Part shown: in pieces, positions 62,605 through 64,000 of the stretch
How the letters are laid out: each line of letters starts with the position of its first letter
Numbering within the stretch: position 1 is the first letter of the stretch
Assembly (NCBI GenBank): GCA_963758525.1
Contig: CAVWVQ010000003.1
Coordinates: 2,208,001 to 2,272,000 of the forward strand
Source of the DNA: an uncultured Phycisphaerales bacterium
GTDB taxonomy: Bacteria; Planctomycetota; Phycisphaerae; Tepidisphaerales; Tepidisphaeraceae
DNA length: 64,000 nucleotides
Reading direction: 5' to 3'
Translations under genes and position numbers: made by a program
Notes under the pieces: model-generated
Database searches by the model: none
The model's input: the letters and a program-made list of their open reading frames with translations, nothing else
Told to the model about the DNA's origin: nothing

Positions 62605-62928
62605 TGCGTCTTACTTCCGGCTCGATCGGACAAATCGCTGGGCCGCAGGGAGGCGGGATGACGGCGCGGCGGCAACCCTCGTGGTGCCCCCCTATTTTGT
62701 TCACGGCAGCTTAGGGAGTGACATTCAGAAACGATTATGCTTCGCAGTGATTCAGGTTCAGACTTTGTGAAGCTAAGCGGTGTGGTCATTCAAGCAGCTG
62801 GTGCGAACGCTCGTATCAAGCGTGCGTCAGGCTCCGTGCGGTTGGCGGATTCGAGATTTGACGCCGCTTCCGCTCCGGACAAGCCGACGCCGATGGGAAC
62901 GCCCCTCCGAAGGTGGTAAGATGACATC

Positions 62929-63939
62929 ATGCAAATGAACGCCTTCCTCCCTCGCTGCGCCCTGACGCTCCTGGCTGCAATTCTCTTGATTTCCGCCCCT
63001 GCTTTTGGCTGGATCGACACCGGCCACGAAATCATCGCATCGATCGCCTATGACGAATTGACGCCCGCCGCACGTTCGGCAGCAAACGATTTGCTCAAGC
63101 AGCATCCCCGTTACGAGAAAGACTTACTGCCCGGGAAGCCAGATGGGTTTGATGAGAATCGATACGCGTTCATGATTGCCGCGACTTGGCCGGATATCGT
63201 CCGGTCGCAGACCCATCCGATGCATTTCGTCGCCAACCATCCGGCGTGGCATTACATTGACATCCCGATCGTTCAGCCGGGTTTTGCTGCGCCTGCTTCC
63301 CAACCCGCTGCGAACAGCCCTCCGACGGATCCAACCAACGTCGTCGAAGCGCTCGACAAGGTCACGGCCCAGGTTCACGATCCTGCCGTCGCTCCCGGCG
63401 ATCGTGCGATCGCTTTATGCTGGATCCTGCATCTGGTCGGCGATATCCATCAGCCCTTGCACGCGACGACTCACTTCTCACCCCAATATCCCGAGGGAGA
63501 CCGTGGCGGAAATCTCGCGATGGTTCTCCGCACGCCCAATCAGTGGTACAGCCAGATCAATTTGCATCTGCTCTGGGACGAAATGCTCGGGACCTATCGT
63601 GCCCCGGAAATGATCGGGTATGTCGCGTCTGGATTGCGCGGCGACCCGCGTTTCGCGCGAGATAAGCTGCCGGAGTTGAAAGCGCATGACTTTGCCGGAT
63701 GGGCGAGGGAGAGCCATGACCTTGCGGTAACGGCGGTCTACCTCAACGGGCAGCTTCAAACCGCCAATCAGAACGCCGTGCGCGCCGACCACGACCGGCA
63801 GGTGAAGATTCCGCCGCTGCCGGCGGATTACTGCGCCAAGGGGGAAGAAGTCGCCTCGCGCCGGGCGATACTCGCGGGGTATCGGATTGCCGATCTGCTG
63901 AACTCACTGCTCACGCCATCTGCGCAACCGAGCAAATGA
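62929..63939 (+). CDS. Secreted S1/P1 nuclease
   Basis: Signal peptide then WIDTGH, ATWPD, WHYID, HLVGDIHQPLH, DRGGN, NLHLLWD, AGYRIA. Confidence 0.93.
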   Translation: MQMNAFLPRCALTLLAAILLISAPAFGWIDTGHEIIASIAYDELTPAARSAANDLLKQHPRYEKDLLPGKPDGFDENRYAFMIAATWPDIVRSQTHPMHFVANHPAWHYIDIPIVQPGFAAPASQPAANSPPTDPTNVVEALDKVTAQVHDPAVAPGDRAIALCWILHLVGDIHQPLHATTHFSPQYPEGDRGGNLAMVLRTPNQWYSQINLHLLWDEMLGTYRAPEMIGYVASGLRGDPRFARDKLPELKAHDFAGWARESHDLAVTAVYLNGQLQTANQNAVRADHDRQVKIPPLPADYCAKGEEVASRRAILAGYRIADLLNSLLTPSAQPSK

Positions 63940-64000
63940 GCCTGCGCGCCGCCAACTGCTGTATTGCTACAAAACGTCGAGTCGCGTCGAAAAAGCCGCG

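Overview
High-GC chromosomal window, inferred to be from a Planctomycetota (Phycisphaerae/Tepidisphaerales-like) bacterium. The inference rests on two DUF1559-type prepilin genes, a PEP-CTERM protein, a scattered nuo locus and ATQP/ASQP-rich secreted proteins. Housekeeping content: asd, a DEAD-box helicase, an MsbA-like ABC exporter with a PDZ-like insert, nuoA and nuoJKLMN, mtnA, a 2-oxoacid:ferredoxin oxidoreductase pair, thiE, murJ and waaF. Envelope/accessory content: a cluster of three GT-C-type glycosyltransferases plus DUF2156, an Lnb/DUF4105 + HEAT-lipoprotein cluster, a Gld-like ABC operon, an ArnT-like enzyme, a DUF1559 / SPINDLY-like / giant PEP-CTERM / DUF1559 locus and an S1/P1 nuclease. 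At least 13 genes carry an apparent frameshift, most likely sequencing or assembly indels. The most striking non-gene signal is a dense population of several distinct short palindromic or tandem-oligomer repeat families. Several copies sit in frame inside protein-coding genes (a GT-C membrane protein, ArnT, MurJ, a prepilin leader, the DUF4105 N-terminus), and for the ArnT and MurJ/prepilin inserts siblings lie elsewhere in the window. No rRNA, tRNA, CRISPR array, transposase or integrase was recognised. All product calls come from motif recognition by eye, not from database searches.
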